From the NCBI GenBank assembly GCA_002633005.1, contig NMRA01000251.1, positions 249,997-313,996 on the forward strand: a stretch of DNA of 64,000 nt, in the 5' to 3' direction. The translations under genes and the position numbers were made by a program. The stretch comes from Phoronis australis. Lineage: Eukaryota; Animalia; Phoronida. Below the pieces are notes generated by a model, which worked only from the letters and a program-made list of their open reading frames with translations, searched no databases and had not been told where the DNA came from. Of this stretch, positions 63,901 to 64,000 are shown one piece after another (positions within the stretch are counted from its first letter, which is position 1; every line of letters starts with the position of its first letter).

Positions 63901-64000
63901 AAAGATTGTAACCTTGGAAGTGATGAGTGGAAAATTTGATTTCCGTTGTCTTAGAACTACTTTCGATGTCAGCAGTTTAAGCTACAATGTATTTCATAGA

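Overview
AT-rich, intron-containing eukaryotic DNA, most likely from a marine invertebrate (inferred from gene content and repeat types), with three N-gaps. Four host genes can be spliced by eye: (1) a 4-exon, ~1014-aa secreted SE-cephalotoxin-like protein (helical N-terminus, EGF, second helical block, Sushi-like, TSP1, LDLa, 3-repeat beta-trefoil-like tail; + strand, 8610-19437); (2) a 2-exon secreted serpin with P1 Arg (- strand, 27632-30921); (3) a 7-exon, ~289-aa SNX17/27/31-type FERM-like protein that appears to lack PX/PDZ domains and uses a GC-AG intron (+ strand, 34348-43927); (4) a GT10 alpha-1,3-fucosyltransferase (- strand, 48394-51223). There is also an orphan ephrin-receptor-like (GCC2/GCC3) exon. 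The rest is transposon debris: Mag-type Gypsy pieces, a Gmr1-type Gypsy with integrase before RT, L1/Tx1, CR1/L2-type, Penelope-like elements and TTAA-flanked Kolobok-like MITEs. One Penelope inverted terminus carries a minimal hammerhead ribozyme. An unexplained ~4.7-kb insert lies in intron 1 of the toxin-like gene. All homology calls come from recognising motifs; no searches were run.
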